This document shows positions 37,731-50,566 of a stretch of DNA of 64,000 bases, piece after piece. Both the position numbers and the translations under genes were made by a program. Every line of letters begins with the position of its first letter. The first letter of the stretch is position 1. The DNA comes from Blepharisma stoltei ATCC 30299 (Eukaryota; Protista; Ciliophora). The notes under the pieces are model-generated. The model saw nothing but the letters and a program-made list of their open reading frames with translations, searched no databases and had not been told where the DNA came from. Where the stretch lies: contig CBFDEM010000006.1 in the NCBI GenBank assembly GCA_965603825.1, forward strand, positions 186,001-250,000. Direction: 5' to 3'.

Positions 37731-40700
37731 ATGTCTGAAGAAGACAGTGACAGCAAGTTTAAAAAAGGCGACTATTCAGTTCACGTCTTCCTTGAGGATG
37801 GCAAAGGCATCTTACCACTAAATGACAGTGGAAAATCAGACCCTCTTATTAGCGTCAAAGTGTTTGACAAAGAAAAGTGCACTAAGGCATTAGACGATGT
37901 AGGGGCTGGAGCAATGGTCTACTGGGGAGAGCATTTTTACTTTGAGAAAGCAAACTGCCAATCTGCTGATATGGAGAGCCAGCGCTTGAAAATTGAGGTG
38001 AAGGACTCGAAGTTCTTTAGCAATTCTATCATTGGAAGTTATGAGATCGACTTGTCATTCATTTATTCGCAGAAAAACCATGCCATTCTTCACAGATGGT
38101 TTGCTATTTGCAACCCGCACTCAGAAGATTTCAGCCTGATGCGTGGGTATTTAAAGCTAAGTATTTCAGTTCTCCACGAGTCAGATAAGCCTGTTGATCT
38201 TTGTGTGGCTGAATCTGCAGCAGCTAAGGAAGAATTAATGCTGCCTACCCAAATTAAATTAGAAACAACGCAACTTATAGTGCAGCTTCTTAAAGCTGAT
38301 AACTTACCAATTATGGATGATGGAGGGACTTTAGATGCTTATTGTTTAGTTACATTTGGAACAGCAGAAAAAAAATCATCAATAAAAATTGCAGATAAAG
38401 CTACTATGTCAGCATACTGGTATGAAGAAGTTTATGTCCCAGTAATTGTCCCTTGTGTTTCTTCAAGGTTAACTATTACAGTTTTAGATAGAGATACAGT
38501 CTCAAAAGACGATTTAGTAGGTAGCATGAGTTTTAGCTGGGATAAAATCCAGCAAGGGGTTTATAATGATTATTTCTGGGCAAATATTTATGGAGCTCCA
38601 CCTAATGTCACTAACGAAGAGGCAGAAATTATGAATAACTGTGATAACTTAGCATCCCATTGGAGAGGAAGAGTGCTTTTAAGAGCTTTTTCACAAAATA
38701 CAAATAAAGCTGTCATGAAAGTGCAGCCAATTGAAGAACCAGGAATTAAAAAACTCGTCCAGCAAACCTATGAAATAGAAACTGATTATCATATTATGGC
38801 TCAGGTTTTCCACGCAGAATGTTTACCTACTAAAGATTCAGCTTATTGGATTTCTATTAAATGGGCTGGCATTGAGCTGAAAACACAGTCTCCAAATGCT
38901 CAAAAAGGTGTCTGCAGGTGGAATGAAAATCTTAAGCGCAAAGCAACAGGGATTCCTTATAAAGCATTGCTGCCTGATATTTTCGTGTACTTGATGCAAG
39001 ACAATAAGCCAATTTCGTTTGCCAGACTAAAGGCCAAGAACTACTCGGATCCAAATCCTAAAGAAAAATGGATAAGGCTCTACAGAGAAAAGGCAATTGG
39101 GAAGATCAAAAATGACTGGGAAGGAGGATTTGTGAAGCTTAGAATCTACCTTGGAGAAGCTGAAAACGAAGAAGTCGATCTTTCAAACTGGTCTAAGCTT
39201 GCCCCTCCTATGCCAGGAGCTCCAAAAATCCTTCTCTGCAACATTTTTCAATGCAAAGGTCTACCTCCTGCAGATTCAGACGGTCTAGCTGATCCTTATA
39301 TCAAAATTTACTGTTCAGGCGAAGAGGCAAGCACAGATCCTAAAGCTAAACCAAAAACCTTGAATCCGATGTGGTATGAAACTCTGTCACTGAAGGTCGC
39401 TTTTCCATCTATAGAATCTGGCCCTCCAATTATAGTCCAAGTCTGGGATTATGACGCAGGATCTTCTGATGACTTTGTTGGGATGTGCGTTGTAGATCTA
39501 GCAGATGCAGGGGTAGACTGTGAAGTTTCCCCTAGGCCAAGGTGGTATAAACTTAATATGGGAAGAGAAGGAACTGAAGAAGGAGAAGTTCTTATGTCAT
39601 TCAGTATTCATGACCCTGCAAGAGTTCCTAGATATGCTATTAAACCAGCCTGTATGGAAGTAAATGTGGAAATCATCGCGTTAGGCCTAAGAGCGCTTAA
39701 GCCTGCATTAGGATGGATGCCAGTCAATAAAGCTTATGTGAAGGTAAACTTAAACTCAATACAGATCCCAGGAGAAGATTTATTGATCCAAGAATTAGAA
39801 ACGCAGCCATTTGAATCAGGGCCAAACCCAAATATCAGCTCAGTTTTAAGTTTTACGTGCAAAATACCAATTGAGCCATTATACTGTCCAGTTTTAACTG
39901 TAATGTTTATGTAGTGTTATGTCCATGACTATATGTTGAGTGGGCTCTCTAAGCCTTTATTAGGAGCATTTTCTATTGATTTAAGCGAAGTTTTGGTGAA
40001 AAGAAGAGAATCAGTAAAAATGAAGCCAATAGCCCAAGAAGATGTTTCTGAAAATTTAGCAAGAGCTATGTCATCTCCAACCTTTCAGCCAGGACAAGCT
40101 GAAAAAATATTTGTGGCTACAGAGGAGGTGGCTGTACAAGAAAGAGGTGATGTCGATCAAACTGCAGAGCCAGAACAAGACGAAAGCGCCCCATTATTAA
40201 GTGAAAATCAGCAAGAAGAAAACTCTTCTACTGTTAAGACAAAAACCTCGATTTTCCCTGAACAAAAAGCAGTTATAGTTCCTAAAAGATCATATACTAC
40301 AAATCCATTAAGCCTTTCTGAAGCACAAAACGGAGACATGCTTAAAATGCCGACTTTTAACTATGATCCAATTAAGAAAAGAGATATTGAGGCCAAATTT
40401 ATAGACAATCATTATATTGGAGTTGGGTATAACAGGATTCCAGGTGACGGGAGAAAGCATTATAGATATTTATTAGATGAAGAACTGGAAAAATCAATTT
40501 TCTTCGGAGAAACTGCTTTAGATGTTTTCGATATTAAAAAAGGGCAGTCTAGAGGCTTGAATTCAGGAGATAGAGTAGATGCTAGTGGAGAAGAGTCAAC
40601 AGTTAGGTCAGCAGGCAAGTTTAAAGGCTTAATTAGAATCCAAGGCGATATAAATTCACCTCCAAACGATGAGTTCGACAAGATCGCTAAATCCTTATTA

Positions 40701-41867
40701 GTAAAAACTGATGTTTTGGTCAGAGTTTATGTCCTTAACGCTTTTAATCTATCTCAAAAAGACTTAAACTCCCCTTCAGATCCATATATCAAAATATCTC
40801 TTGGAAAAAATGTCATAGATGACCGCAAGAATTATATCCACGACAACTCAAATCCAGATTTTAATCGCTCTTATGAGCTAAATGCAACCTTACCTGGGGA
40901 TTCTCTTCTTAAAATCAAAGTTTATGACTATGATGATTTTGCACCTGACGAAAAAATTGGTTCAACTGAAATTGACTTAGAAGATAGATTTTATTCAAGC
41001 ACATGGAACAGTATTCCACAGAAGCCAGTTGAAACTAGACCTCTTTATATCAAATCCTGTAGGAGTCCTCAAGGTTTCATCAGACTTTGGGTCGAAACTC
41101 ATCCTTTATATCGCCCAGCGCCTGTTTGGGATTTAACTCCTAAGCCAGAATCCATCTTCGAAACCAGACTTATCATATGGAAAAGTGAAGGTGTCCCTAA
41201 CGCAGACCCTGAAGGAGTCAGCGACCTCTATGTCCGAGCCTGGGTCAACAATCTAGAACCAAAAGAAACTGACACCCACTACCGCTGCCAAAGAGGTGCA
41301 GGTTCATGAAACTGGAGAATGAAATTCCGCATCCCTGTCCACGAAAAAATGCAAAGTGCTGTAAATCTGCAGCTATGGGACAGAGACTTTTTCTCTGCAA
41401 ACGATATCATTGGTGACGCCTCATTTGATTTCAAAGATTTAGCACTTGAAGCTTGGGATAGCGGATTAAGGACAAAGATGCTTGGAAAAGCTGAAGGAGC
41501 CCAAGACAGATTGATGAGAAGAGAAAGCGAAAAATTCTGGGTCGATTTTAAGAAAAGAGAAAAAGACGGGACAGAGATTAAAGCTGGAAAAGTCCTTATT
41601 TCATTTGAGCTAGTCCCTGAAGCTAAAGCTGATGCTTGCAAGGTCGGAGAAGGTAGAGAAGAGCCTAATATAGATCCACCACTTCCAGCACCTGAAGGGA
41701 GAATGCAGTTTTCGCTTAATCCTATTAAAATGTTGAACCAGATGTGTGGACCTGAAGTAAGGATGAAAATTTACTGCTGGGTCTGTTCAGCACTATGCTG
41801 CATGCTTTTGATTTTCATGTTCCCTATGCTGCTTTCAAATACTATTACAAGCATTATCTTTGGGTAG
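37731..41867 (+). CDS. Ferlin (multiple C2 domains, tail-anchored); intron 39900-39914
   Basis: Several C2 domains (DSDGLADPY, SPSDPYIK, SDLYVR) plus IDLEDR, ETDTHYR, GS(TGA=W)NWRM, GEGREEPN and a C-terminal TM helix. Confidence 0.94.
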
Positions 41868-41933
41868 GAATAAGTTAATTTACTAATAAAAAACCTCCAA
41901 AATAAATTCTCCTTATTTAATAAAATACACGTA

Positions 41934-43436
41934 ATGAAAACCTTTGGCTTCTTTATCCTGGTTTTCACTGCACAGTGTATGGCTTACACAAAGGAAATGA
42001 ATGTATATCAATTAGAAGGAGAAGCAATAAGCGAGTTTCAATACGAATTCCGAGACCAATTAAGAATTTTTTGCTTCTATAGTCCATATGCAGTTGACAC
42101 AAAAGAATTTCTGCCAAAGTACAAAAATGCAGCAGCTACTTTGAAGCTCAATGAAGCTCCTATCACGTTAGCTATGATTGATATATCTCGGCCTGGAAAT
42201 AAAGATTTCTCTTTGAAGCATGATGTTTTGGGATATCCTGCTGTTGTTTATTATCTGTCAGGATTGACTGAGCCGAGACTTTATTTAGGCAAAAAAGAAA
42301 CCAATGCTATGATAAGCGAATTCCAGGAAATGGTTTTTGATTTCCATGATTTTAGCACTGAAGAAGAGTTCAATAGCTACATGACCACTCACCGACAAGT
42401 TCAAGGCCTTGTACTAGGAGTTTTCCAAGATTATTCAGGAAAAAGTTATGATCTATTTTACGATTTTGCTCAAAAAAATAGTGACGCTTACAAATTTGGC
42501 AGAGTCAAAGGAGAAAAATGGGCTGAGAAGTTCGGATTAGAAAAAGAAGGAGTTGCAGTAATAAGACCTACCCTTTTATTGACAAGTTATGATACCCCAT
42601 TCAAATCAGCGTCCAAGTTTTCTAGTAAAAGCGACTTTGAAAATTTCATTAAAACAGAAATTCATCCAAATATATCATGGGTGACACAGAGAAATAAGGA
42701 TGAATTTTTCAATGGGCCGACTCCTTTGGTCGCTTTATATTTTAATGCTGATCCGAAAATGTATTCTTCACAAATCAAATATTACATTAACAGATACGCA
42801 GATGCAGTAAACCAATATTTTTCTACTAATAAATTCAAGTTTGTGATTGTTGATAGAGAGAGCTTTATTGAAAAACTTGAGGCTGATTTTTTGAACACAG
42901 ACAAAATTGTCCTTGTTTTATATAGAGAAGAAAAAAAATACGTACTTCGCCAATCACAACTCTTAACAAATGATAACAAATTTTTAGGTCCTGCTATTAA
43001 AGAATTTCTTGAGGGTTGGGAAAAAGGAAAAGTTAAAAAATATGTACGAAGTCAGCCTGTACCCAGCAAGAAGATAGAAAATAGAGTAAGGGTCGTTGTT
43101 GGTGACACTTTTGAAGATGAAGTGCAAAATTCTAATAAAAATCAGCTAGTTTATATATACTCCACTAGTAATCCGAAATCAGTTGAGGTCATTAAAACTA
43201 TTGAAGAAGTTGCTGAGTATTTCAAGCAAGAACCTCAGTTTGAAATCGTGAAAATTGATGGCAGCTTGAACGAACTTCCGTTTATGTTTGATGTGAGCTA
43301 TTATCCGACCATGTACTTTTCGCCTAAAAAGCGAAAAGACATTCCAGTCCGCTATTCAGGATATGATTACTCAAAACAAAAAATAATTGAGTTCATCAAT
43401 CCTGAAGAAAAGAAAAAGAAGAAGGAAGACCTTTAA
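41934..43436 (+). CDS. PDI-family ER protein lacking CxxC, with C-terminal KEDL
   Basis: Signal peptide and PDI-like a-b-b'-a' layout (VLGYP, RSQPVP, VVVGDTF, KIDGSLNE, YYPTMYF); ends KEDL. Confidence 0.85.
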   Translation: MKTFGFFILVFTAQCMAYTKEMNVYQLEGEAISEFQYEFRDQLRIFCFYSPYAVDTKEFLPKYKNAAATLKLNEAPITLAMIDISRPGNKDFSLKHDVLGYPAVVYYLSGLTEPRLYLGKKETNAMISEFQEMVFDFHDFSTEEEFNSYMTTHRQVQGLVLGVFQDYSGKSYDLFYDFAQKNSDAYKFGRVKGEKWAEKFGLEKEGVAVIRPTLLLTSYDTPFKSASKFSSKSDFENFIKTEIHPNISWVTQRNKDEFFNGPTPLVALYFNADPKMYSSQIKYYINRYADAVNQYFSTNKFKFVIVDRESFIEKLEADFLNTDKIVLVLYREEKKYVLRQSQLLTNDNKFLGPAIKEFLEGWEKGKVKKYVRSQPVPSKKIENRVRVVVGDTFEDEVQNSNKNQLVYIYSTSNPKSVEVIKTIEEVAEYFKQEPQFEIVKIDGSLNELPFMFDVSYYPTMYFSPKKRKDIPVRYSGYDYSKQKIIEFINPEEKKKKKEDL

Positions 43437-43644
43437 TCTTTAATAACTATTGCTCTTTGGAAATTTTATTTAAAATAAAGAATGCTAAAGCTGTTCTTAC
43501 AGCCAAAATCATGAAAATAAAAATTAGAATAAGTTTAGAATTATTTTGCTTTATCTTTAATTTAGTGATTTTGACTACTATTAAGGCCATTAATGAATTT
43601 TTACATCATTACAAATAACTAAAAAAAATAATATAAAATCGAGT

Positions 43645-44988
43645 ATGTTGAAAGAAAACGATATATTTTTAGAAAAATATCACATAGAAAGCGTACTTGG
43701 CTCAGGAGGATTTGGGGAAGTTTATAAAGCAAAAGATCTAAGACACAACAGATCTGTAGCTATTAAAATTGACATAGCTAGAAAAAACCAAGTATTATTA
43801 GAATCTAAAATACTTTCTGCCCTTCAAGGAGGTGAAGGAATTCCTAAATTATATGAATCAGGTAGAACTGACGAGATAAGCTACATGGTCATACAGCTAT
43901 TAGGGAAAAACCTAGGCAGTGTCCAAAAGGAGTATGGTGGAAAATTTGACATTGGCACTACTGTGCATATTGCCTTGCAAATTCTCTCAAGGCTTGAATA
44001 CATACATCACAAAGGGTATATTCATAGGGACATTAAACCCCAGCAATTTTTGTTGTCTCTTGACGAAAAGTCTATATATCTGGTCGACTTTGGGCTTTCT
44101 CAGAAATATATTTATGATAATCATCATTTAGCATTTCAAAATCACTGCTCAAAGGTAGGGAATTCAACGTTCGCGTCTCTAAATGATCATACTGGGCTTC
44201 GTCAGAGCAGAAGGGATGACTTAGAATCACTTGGGTATATGCTGGTTTATATGTATAAGGGAATTTTACCATGAAGTAGCACATATAAAGTCGCAAGTGC
44301 CAATCGTTGGCAACAAGTTTTGAATATAAAATCAGCAATCACAATTCCTGATTTATGCCAGGGCTGTCCGCAAGCCTTTGAAGCATTCATAGTATACGTA
44401 AGAAATTTAAGGTTTGAGGAAAATCCTGACTACTCCTATTTAAAATCTTTACTTGAAAATATCAGAAATAGAGAAAAAATTCCAGCAAATTATTTCGTTT
44501 GGCACAACCAAAAAGAGCCAAAAAAGCCTCTTAGAATCAAACGGAAAAAATCTCTAACACACATAAAGTTAAAAGAAGCCCCTGAAATTGCCTTACAAGC
44601 ATCAGATGCCAATATAAATATCGCAAAAGAAATCACAAAAATCGCTAAACATAAGAGAAGGTCAAGAACCTTAATTCCAATAAAAATTCCTGATCTCAGT
44701 GAAGATGAAGCTTCAAGAACGGTTACAAGAGGATTCAGAATATCGACTCCAAAGGTTAATAGACACATCCTTTCCCCAACAGATGCTAGTTTGGTAGTTT
44801 TTGAAGAAAATCAAAATCCTATTGAAGAAAATTCCTATGATGTAGCAATCGATCAAAATAATACTCCGAAATCAAAAATGCCGGAAATTAAAAATCGAGA
44901 TATCTTAAGGAAAGCAAAAATAGTTGAGACAGAGCCTGAAGCTATAATGATTACAAAAAAGTCATCTGAAAACTGCTCTATCTTTTAG
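43645..44988 (+). CDS. Casein kinase 1 family kinase
   Basis: Motifs GSGGFGEVY, HRDIKP, DFGLS, QSRRDDLESLGY and LP(TGA=W). Confidence 0.92.
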
Positions 44989-45218
44989 TAATTGGTGCAT
45001 CATAAACATCACAACTCTTTACATTTAATAATACTTTTTTTTGTGCCTCAAATTCATTAATAAAATAAAAATATTTTGCACTACTTGATAATTTATATAA
45101 AGCAGTATCCATGCTATTATTTTTTATAATAAAATTTTGAATGAAAATTTTTATTATAATATTTTATAAAATTCGAATTCTTTATTATTACTCGGGGATT
45201 TTCATATAAAATTTGCAT

Positions 45219-45923
45219 TTAAAGGTGAATTCCTAAATAGTTTGAAAGACACATCTTACAAACACTATCTTCTCCATGCTTATGTAGTCTATCAACACAA
45301 GTGTTAAGGAGGATTTTCGTATTTCTAACAGATTTTGATACTGTTGGAGACTCAGAAGCAAACAATTTTTTGAACTTATTATTAGTTTCAAATCTTGTTG
45401 GCGTCACAGATGTGGTAGGAAAATAAATTTGTTTCCTCTTCTTTGTCATTCCAATTTCAGAGTAATTTCTATTCTTTTTTTGAAGTCTATTTTCGAGCTT
45501 TTTTATGACCTGGCCGAGTGCGTGGCTTTCGGGGCATTTGAATTTCTTCAGCAATTCGTCTTCGCTATAATAAATTTTTGACATTTCTTTGTAGGTACTT
45601 ATTGGTATATACAAACTGCTTCCATCTTCTTCATAATAATGGAGATTTGTTTCTTCCCTACTTTTTATTGGTTCAATAGGCTTTAATACTCCTGACTGAT
45701 ACTCAGGAGGCAGCGGTAAAAATTTGCATAGCGGTTTTACTTTAATTCTTGATAACTTAACCGGAGTTTCTTCTTTGGGACTCTTTGCAAATGAACTAAA
45801 ATTTTCAGAAAGTTTGCGACATTCTCCTACCATAGTAGGAGTTTGGCGTCCGAAAAGTTTTTCTAGCTTAATAAAAATGCTTTTATTGTACTCTGACCTT
45901 GAACAGTATCTATTCTTTCTCAT
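45219..45923 (-). CDS. Hypothetical basic protein
   Basis: 234-aa ATG-TAA ORF. Confidence 0.62.
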   Translation of the reverse strand: MRKNRYCSRSEYNKSIFIKLEKLFGRQTPTMVGECRKLSENFSSFAKSPKEETPVKLSRIKVKPLCKFLPLPPEYQSGVLKPIEPIKSREETNLHYYEEDGSSLYIPISTYKEMSKIYYSEDELLKKFKCPESHALGQVIKKLENRLQKKNRNYSEIGMTKKRKQIYFPTTSVTPTRFETNNKFKKLFASESPTVSKSVRNTKILLNTCVDRLHKHGEDSVCKMCLSNYLGIHL

Positions 45924-46153
45924 TTTTACAAGGATTTAGTTGTTGATTATATTTGTAATTAACAGAATATTTATCAATTTCAATGATTCATATGATAAAA
46001 TCAATATTTTTTTAAAATTCAGCTGAAGAATAGGCATTTTAGCTTCATTATGATTTTGAATTTATTCACCACCTAGTTTAAAGACTCATGTTTAAATAAA
46101 ATATGAATTTTTATTTAAGGTGAGAAATTTAATCTACTTATTCACGTTAAAGG

Positions 46154-46693
46154 TTAATTAATTTTTTCTTTTGGAGCCAGTTTGGCTATTACTTTTTCGG
46201 GGGTAATAAATATTGGCTTACTTATTTCAACTTTGCCACTCCAGCTTTTTAAAGGTAGCACAATTGCGTGCATGTGGAGATGAGGAATGCTGTTGCATAA
46301 AGGATGATGAAACCCGAATACATATTCTCCATTAGGATCTATATTCCTTAGCAATCTTTCGCCAACTTGACGCATGTGCTCGATAAGTTCAATATCTGAC
46401 CTCTTTAGATGCCAAACATTTTTAATATGCCTCAAAGGAACTATTTGTATATGAATTCTTCCAATTGGGTATTTATCGTAAAATGCTACAACCTTATCAT
46501 CTCGGTAAAACGGCTCTTTATTAGTGTGAATGATTTTACAGAATAAGCAATGCCCAGGAATTGAAGCAATCTGATCTTTATCGTCGTATTTGTTCAAAGG
46601 AGGATTTCCCCATGCTTTTTTATAGAGCTTGTATCCGGCATAGCTAACTGTAGTAAAAATCAATAATCCTGTTATGGTTGTTGAATTAAGCAT
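46154..46693 (-). CDS. HIT-family hydrolase (HINT3-like) with an N-terminal membrane anchor
   Basis: Motifs CLFCKI, HIQIVPLRHI and GFHHP..NSIPHLHMH. Confidence 0.88.
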   Translation of the reverse strand: MLNSTTITGLLIFTTVSYAGYKLYKKAWGNPPLNKYDDKDQIASIPGHCLFCKIIHTNKEPFYRDDKVVAFYDKYPIGRIHIQIVPLRHIKNVWHLKRSDIELIEHMRQVGERLLRNIDPNGEYVFGFHHPLCNSIPHLHMHAIVLPLKSWSGKVEISKPIFITPEKVIAKLAPKEKIN

Positions 46694-46911
46694 GGCTAAA
46701 TATTTATTAAAATAAGCCACATTATTGATAGGTCTGACAGAAAATAAATTTATATAGCTAATTATAACAAATAATCATAATATATTTATAAGGTATAATT
46801 CATGATTATCAAATTTCCAACTATAGTCCATTATTAAGTGCAATTGAAAACGTATAAGTATATTTTAAAGCACAAAGTTAACTAAAACTGAATTAGCATT
46901 ATATTAACCTC

Positions 46912-47229
46912 TTAGCCTCCAAATCCGTAAAGTGTCCTTCCTTGTCTTTTAAGGGCATAAACTACATCAAGTGCTGTCACAGTCTTTCTTCTTGCGTGCT
47001 CAGTATAGGTTACAGCATCTCTTACAACACCTTCCAAAAATACTTTAAGTACGTTTCTTGTTTCATCATAGACTAATCCTGAGAGTCTTTTAACACCTCC
47101 TCTTCTTGCCAATCTTCTAATGGCAGGCTTAGTAATGCCTTGGATGTTTTCTCTTATAACTCTTCTATGTCTTTTCTTTGCTCCAACTTTTCCTAATCCT
47201 TTTCCTCCTTTTCCACCTTTTCCTCCCAT
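46912..47229 (-). CDS. Histone H4
   Basis: Canonical H4 core ([21 protein letters not shown]...TLYGFGG) with a ciliate-style N-tail. Confidence 0.98.
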   Translation of the reverse strand: MGGKGGKGGKGLGKVGAKKRHRRVIRENIQGITKPAIRRLARRGGVKRLSGLVYDETRNVLKVFLEGVVRDAVTYTEHARRKTVTALDVVYALKRQGRTLYGFGG

Positions 47230-47300
47230 GTTTTATAAAGCTTCATTTGCATTTGGCCTGAAATCTTCATCTTCTACCCTTTTTGAAAAAATCTTAAATC

Positions 47301-47310
47301 TGATTGGCTG
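47301..47310. promoter_or_regulatory. CCAAT-box-like element in the bidirectional H4/H3 promoter
   Basis: TGATTGGCTG lies in the 193-bp spacer between divergent H4 and H3. Confidence 0.45.
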
Positions 47311-47422
47311 ATTTTAATTTTCCTTTCTATTTGTTTTTCTGCCTATCAAAATTCAGATTGTGCTAATAAGAGATAAATTTTAACTATAAAATGCAGTCGG
47401 ACACAATAGATTTTTATATTAA

Positions 47423-47836
47423 ATGGCAAGAACTAAACAAACAGCAAGAAAGACTACCTCAGCAGGAAAAACCCCTAAAAAGCACCTTGCAACTAAGGCC
47501 GCTAAGAAGGTCTCAGCCACCACCTCAGGTGTTAAGAAGCCACACAGATTTAGACCAGGCACAGTGGCTCTAAGAGAAATCAGAAAATACCAAAAGAGCA
47601 CTGAACTTTTAGTCAGAAAACTTCCTTTCCAAAGACTTGTAAGAGAAATTGCTCAAGAATACAAGACAGATCTCAGATTCCAAAGCTCAGCTGTCCTTGC
47701 ACTCCAAGAAGCTGCTGAAGCTTACCTCGTCGGACTTTTTGAAGACACCAACCTTTGTGCAATTCACGGTAAAAGAGTGACTATTATGCCAAGAGACATG
47801 CAATTAGCCAGAAGAATCAGAGGAGAAAGATCATAA
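47423..47836 (+). CDS. Histone H3 with a divergent N-tail
   Basis: ARTKQTARK...[23 protein letters not shown]; full histone fold. Confidence 0.98.
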   Translation: MARTKQTARKTTSAGKTPKKHLATKAAKKVSATTSGVKKPHRFRPGTVALREIRKYQKSTELLVRKLPFQRLVREIAQEYKTDLRFQSSAVLALQEAAEAYLVGLFEDTNLCAIHGKRVTIMPRDMQLARRIRGERS

Positions 47837-47887
47837 TGTAATCCCTTAATTACCCTTTCGTAAATTTTGTTTTATAAATAAAATAAT

Positions 47888-48232
47888 ATGGGGCGGATTC
47901 TTAAGCCTTTAATAGTTACTTTGGTAGCTACTTCAGGAATGGCAGGGCTAGTTTACTCGTTTTATACTTATGAGGAAAGCAAAGGTAGTTGCTAAATAGT
48001 CTATCCAAAGATTGAGGGAATGCCTATGAAAGATAAATTGAACGAATCGAAAAGGATTGAGATCGAAGTTCATGATTTCAGGAAAAAATGAAAAGAGCAT
48101 GGAGGGAGGATTTTGAAAAGCTATAGAGAGGAGAGTAAAAAGTTTAAAGAAAATTTGGAGAATCAAGATATGGATATGCCTGCTGAAGGGAAAGTTATTT
48201 TGGATATCATCAATGACAATAAATTAGAATAA
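47888..48232 (+). CDS. Small single-pass membrane protein (109 aa), absent from the ORF track; intron 47985-47999
   Basis: ATG 47888, hydrophobic LIVTLVATSGMAGLVYSFY, 15-nt intron GTAGTTGCTAAATAG, one TGA=Trp, TAA 48230-48232. Confidence 0.7.
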
Positions 48233-49277
48233 ATAATTGAAAATTTAAGAGAAAATTGAGTATAGTATTGAGATTTGCTATAACTATAGCTGCATCTTGT
48301 AAACATTTTTAATTTTCGTTTTGAGAAATAATTTATAAGACCTTAAAACTTACAAAATTAATAAAAGGTTATTTTGTGACTGAGAAAATTTAGAACTTTG
48401 TATTAATATAAAGACAACTAAATCAATTATCTAGTTTTTTTACAATATGAGAAATTGTTGATAAAGAAAAATTTTCAAAGAGTTGGAATAAAAATATAAA
48501 ATAAATTGTCATCAAAACATAATAATTTTAAATTATAAGTAAATTACATAAATGGAAGTTTCTATTGGGAAAGAAATTAAATTATCAGCAATTTATTTGA
48601 GGAAAGTATGAATTATTACTATTAAAATCATATATAAACTTATGCTCAATAAATTACTTAAGAAGATCAAGACATTTGACAATTAATTTTCAAAAGAATA
48701 AGATGATATCAAAATTTCAAATGAAATAAATCGTTACAGAAAGCAATTAGCAACTTTTATTAAATAAGCCTTGATTCTATATCAGAAAAGACCAATCAAG
48801 CAAAAGCCCCAATAAATTTGATATGCTTAAACATCTCAAAATATCTCCACAAAAAAGAATTCAATAAATAATAAATAATTAAGTCAAAGTTATTACCCAT
48901 ATATGAAGAATCAGAAATATATCAAAATCTTGAATAATCAACATTGCGGCTTTTTCAATTTGACTTCGAAATCAAGAAGAGAACATTTATATAAGGTAAA
49001 TTAAGATTAAATAATTCAGCATGCACAGCACATAAGAATACATAACGAGCATTCAAATTTCACTTTTTAAACCCGCCCAATGAAATATTCACGCTAAAGT
49101 CAGCTTCTCCAACTTGACTAAATTTCAGATTAAGCTTAGATTTTCAGGCTATTTATCTCTATCATCAGCTAATAAAATTATCCTTAACCCTTCAAGTATA
49201 TCCAATTCTAAAAATAATTCCTAATCCCAATAAAATGCTGATTTTCAGAGATTTTTATAAATCGCCATAATTTTATT

Positions 49278-50525
49278 ATGAACGCAGATAGACGACAATA
49301 TACACCAAAAGTTCAAAACTCAGAAGAGCCACGAGACCAAATAGTCCGGCCCCAGCCTGACACTAGATTTAAAACCACAGATGTGACGAGTACCAAAGGA
49401 AATGAATGGGAAGACTACTTCTTAAAGAGAGAACTTCTCATGGGAATTTTTGAGAAAGGTTTTGAAAGGCCAGCTCCAGTACAAGAAGAAAGCATCCCCA
49501 TAGCTCTTGCTGGACAGCATATTATAGCAAGAGCTAAAAACGGGACAGGCAAAACAGCAGCCTTTGTAATCCCAATCCTGGAAAAATGTGACACGTCTCA
49601 GAACTATATTCAAGCTTTGGTGTTAGTCCCTACCAGAGAGTTAGCACTTCAGACAAGCAACGTAATCAAAGAAATCGGCAAACATATGAACGTGCAGTGC
49701 ATGGTTACCACAGGAGGGACCTCCCTGAGAGATGACATTTATAGGCTTTATAAAACAGTTCACATTCTTGTAGGAACACCTGGGAGGGTCTTAGATCTTG
49801 CTTCCAAACACGTCGCTGATTTGTCTAAAGCACAAATTTGTGTGATGGACGAGGCCGACAAGCTGATTTCTCCAGATTTTCAGCCAATTATAGAGAGACT
49901 GCTTGTTTTCCTCCCAGCTGACCGCCAGATATTGCTATATTCCGCAACTTTTCCAGTGACAGTGAAAGAATTTGTACTGAGGTATCTGCCAGAGCACCAC
50001 GAAATCAACTTAATGGACGAACTTACATTAGTTGGCGTCACCCAATACTACGCCCACGTCCAAGAAAAGAAAAAAGTCCATTGTTTAAACACCCTGTTTT
50101 CAAGACTTCAAATCAACCAAGCCATGATTTTCTGCAACTCCACACTTCGTGTGGAGCTACTAGCCAAAAAAATTACAGAACTCGGGTACTCTTGCTTCTT
50201 TATCCATGCAAAAATGCAGCAGCAAGACCGAAATAGGGTTTTCCATGATTTTAGGAATGGAGGCTGCCGATGTTTGGTGTCCTCTGATTTATGCACTAGG
50301 GGGATTGATATACAAACTGTTAACGTGGTCATTAATTTTGACTTCCCTAAGAACGCTGAAACCTATCTGCATAGGATCGGAAGATCAGGAAGATTTGGGC
50401 ATCTTGGCCTGGCAATTAATTTCATCACTGAAGAAGATAAAGAAAATCTATTTGCGATAGAGCAAGAGTTAGACACTGAAATCAAGCCAATCCCACCAAT
50501 TATCGATAAGTCTTTATATACTTAA
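49278..50525 (+). CDS. DDX6: DEAD-box RNA helicase DDX6/Dhh1
   Basis: Motifs [40 protein letters not shown] and HRIGRSGR. Confidence 0.96.
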   Translation: MNADRRQYTPKVQNSEEPRDQIVRPQPDTRFKTTDVTSTKGNEWEDYFLKRELLMGIFEKGFERPAPVQEESIPIALAGQHIIARAKNGTGKTAAFVIPILEKCDTSQNYIQALVLVPTRELALQTSNVIKEIGKHMNVQCMVTTGGTSLRDDIYRLYKTVHILVGTPGRVLDLASKHVADLSKAQICVMDEADKLISPDFQPIIERLLVFLPADRQILLYSATFPVTVKEFVLRYLPEHHEINLMDELTLVGVTQYYAHVQEKKKVHCLNTLFSRLQINQAMIFCNSTLRVELLAKKITELGYSCFFIHAKMQQQDRNRVFHDFRNGGCRCLVSSDLCTRGIDIQTVNVVINFDFPKNAETYLHRIGRSGRFGHLGLAINFITEEDKENLFAIEQELDTEIKPIPPIIDKSLYT

Positions 50526-50566
50526 ACTCTTCAGTTTCAATATGTCTTTATAAAAATTAGTTAAAA

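Noticed and set aside
48552-48870. Purine-rich coding-like stretch between the small gene and DDX6
   Set aside because: Only short frames with TAA stops and no recognisable homology; it cannot be supported as a gene.
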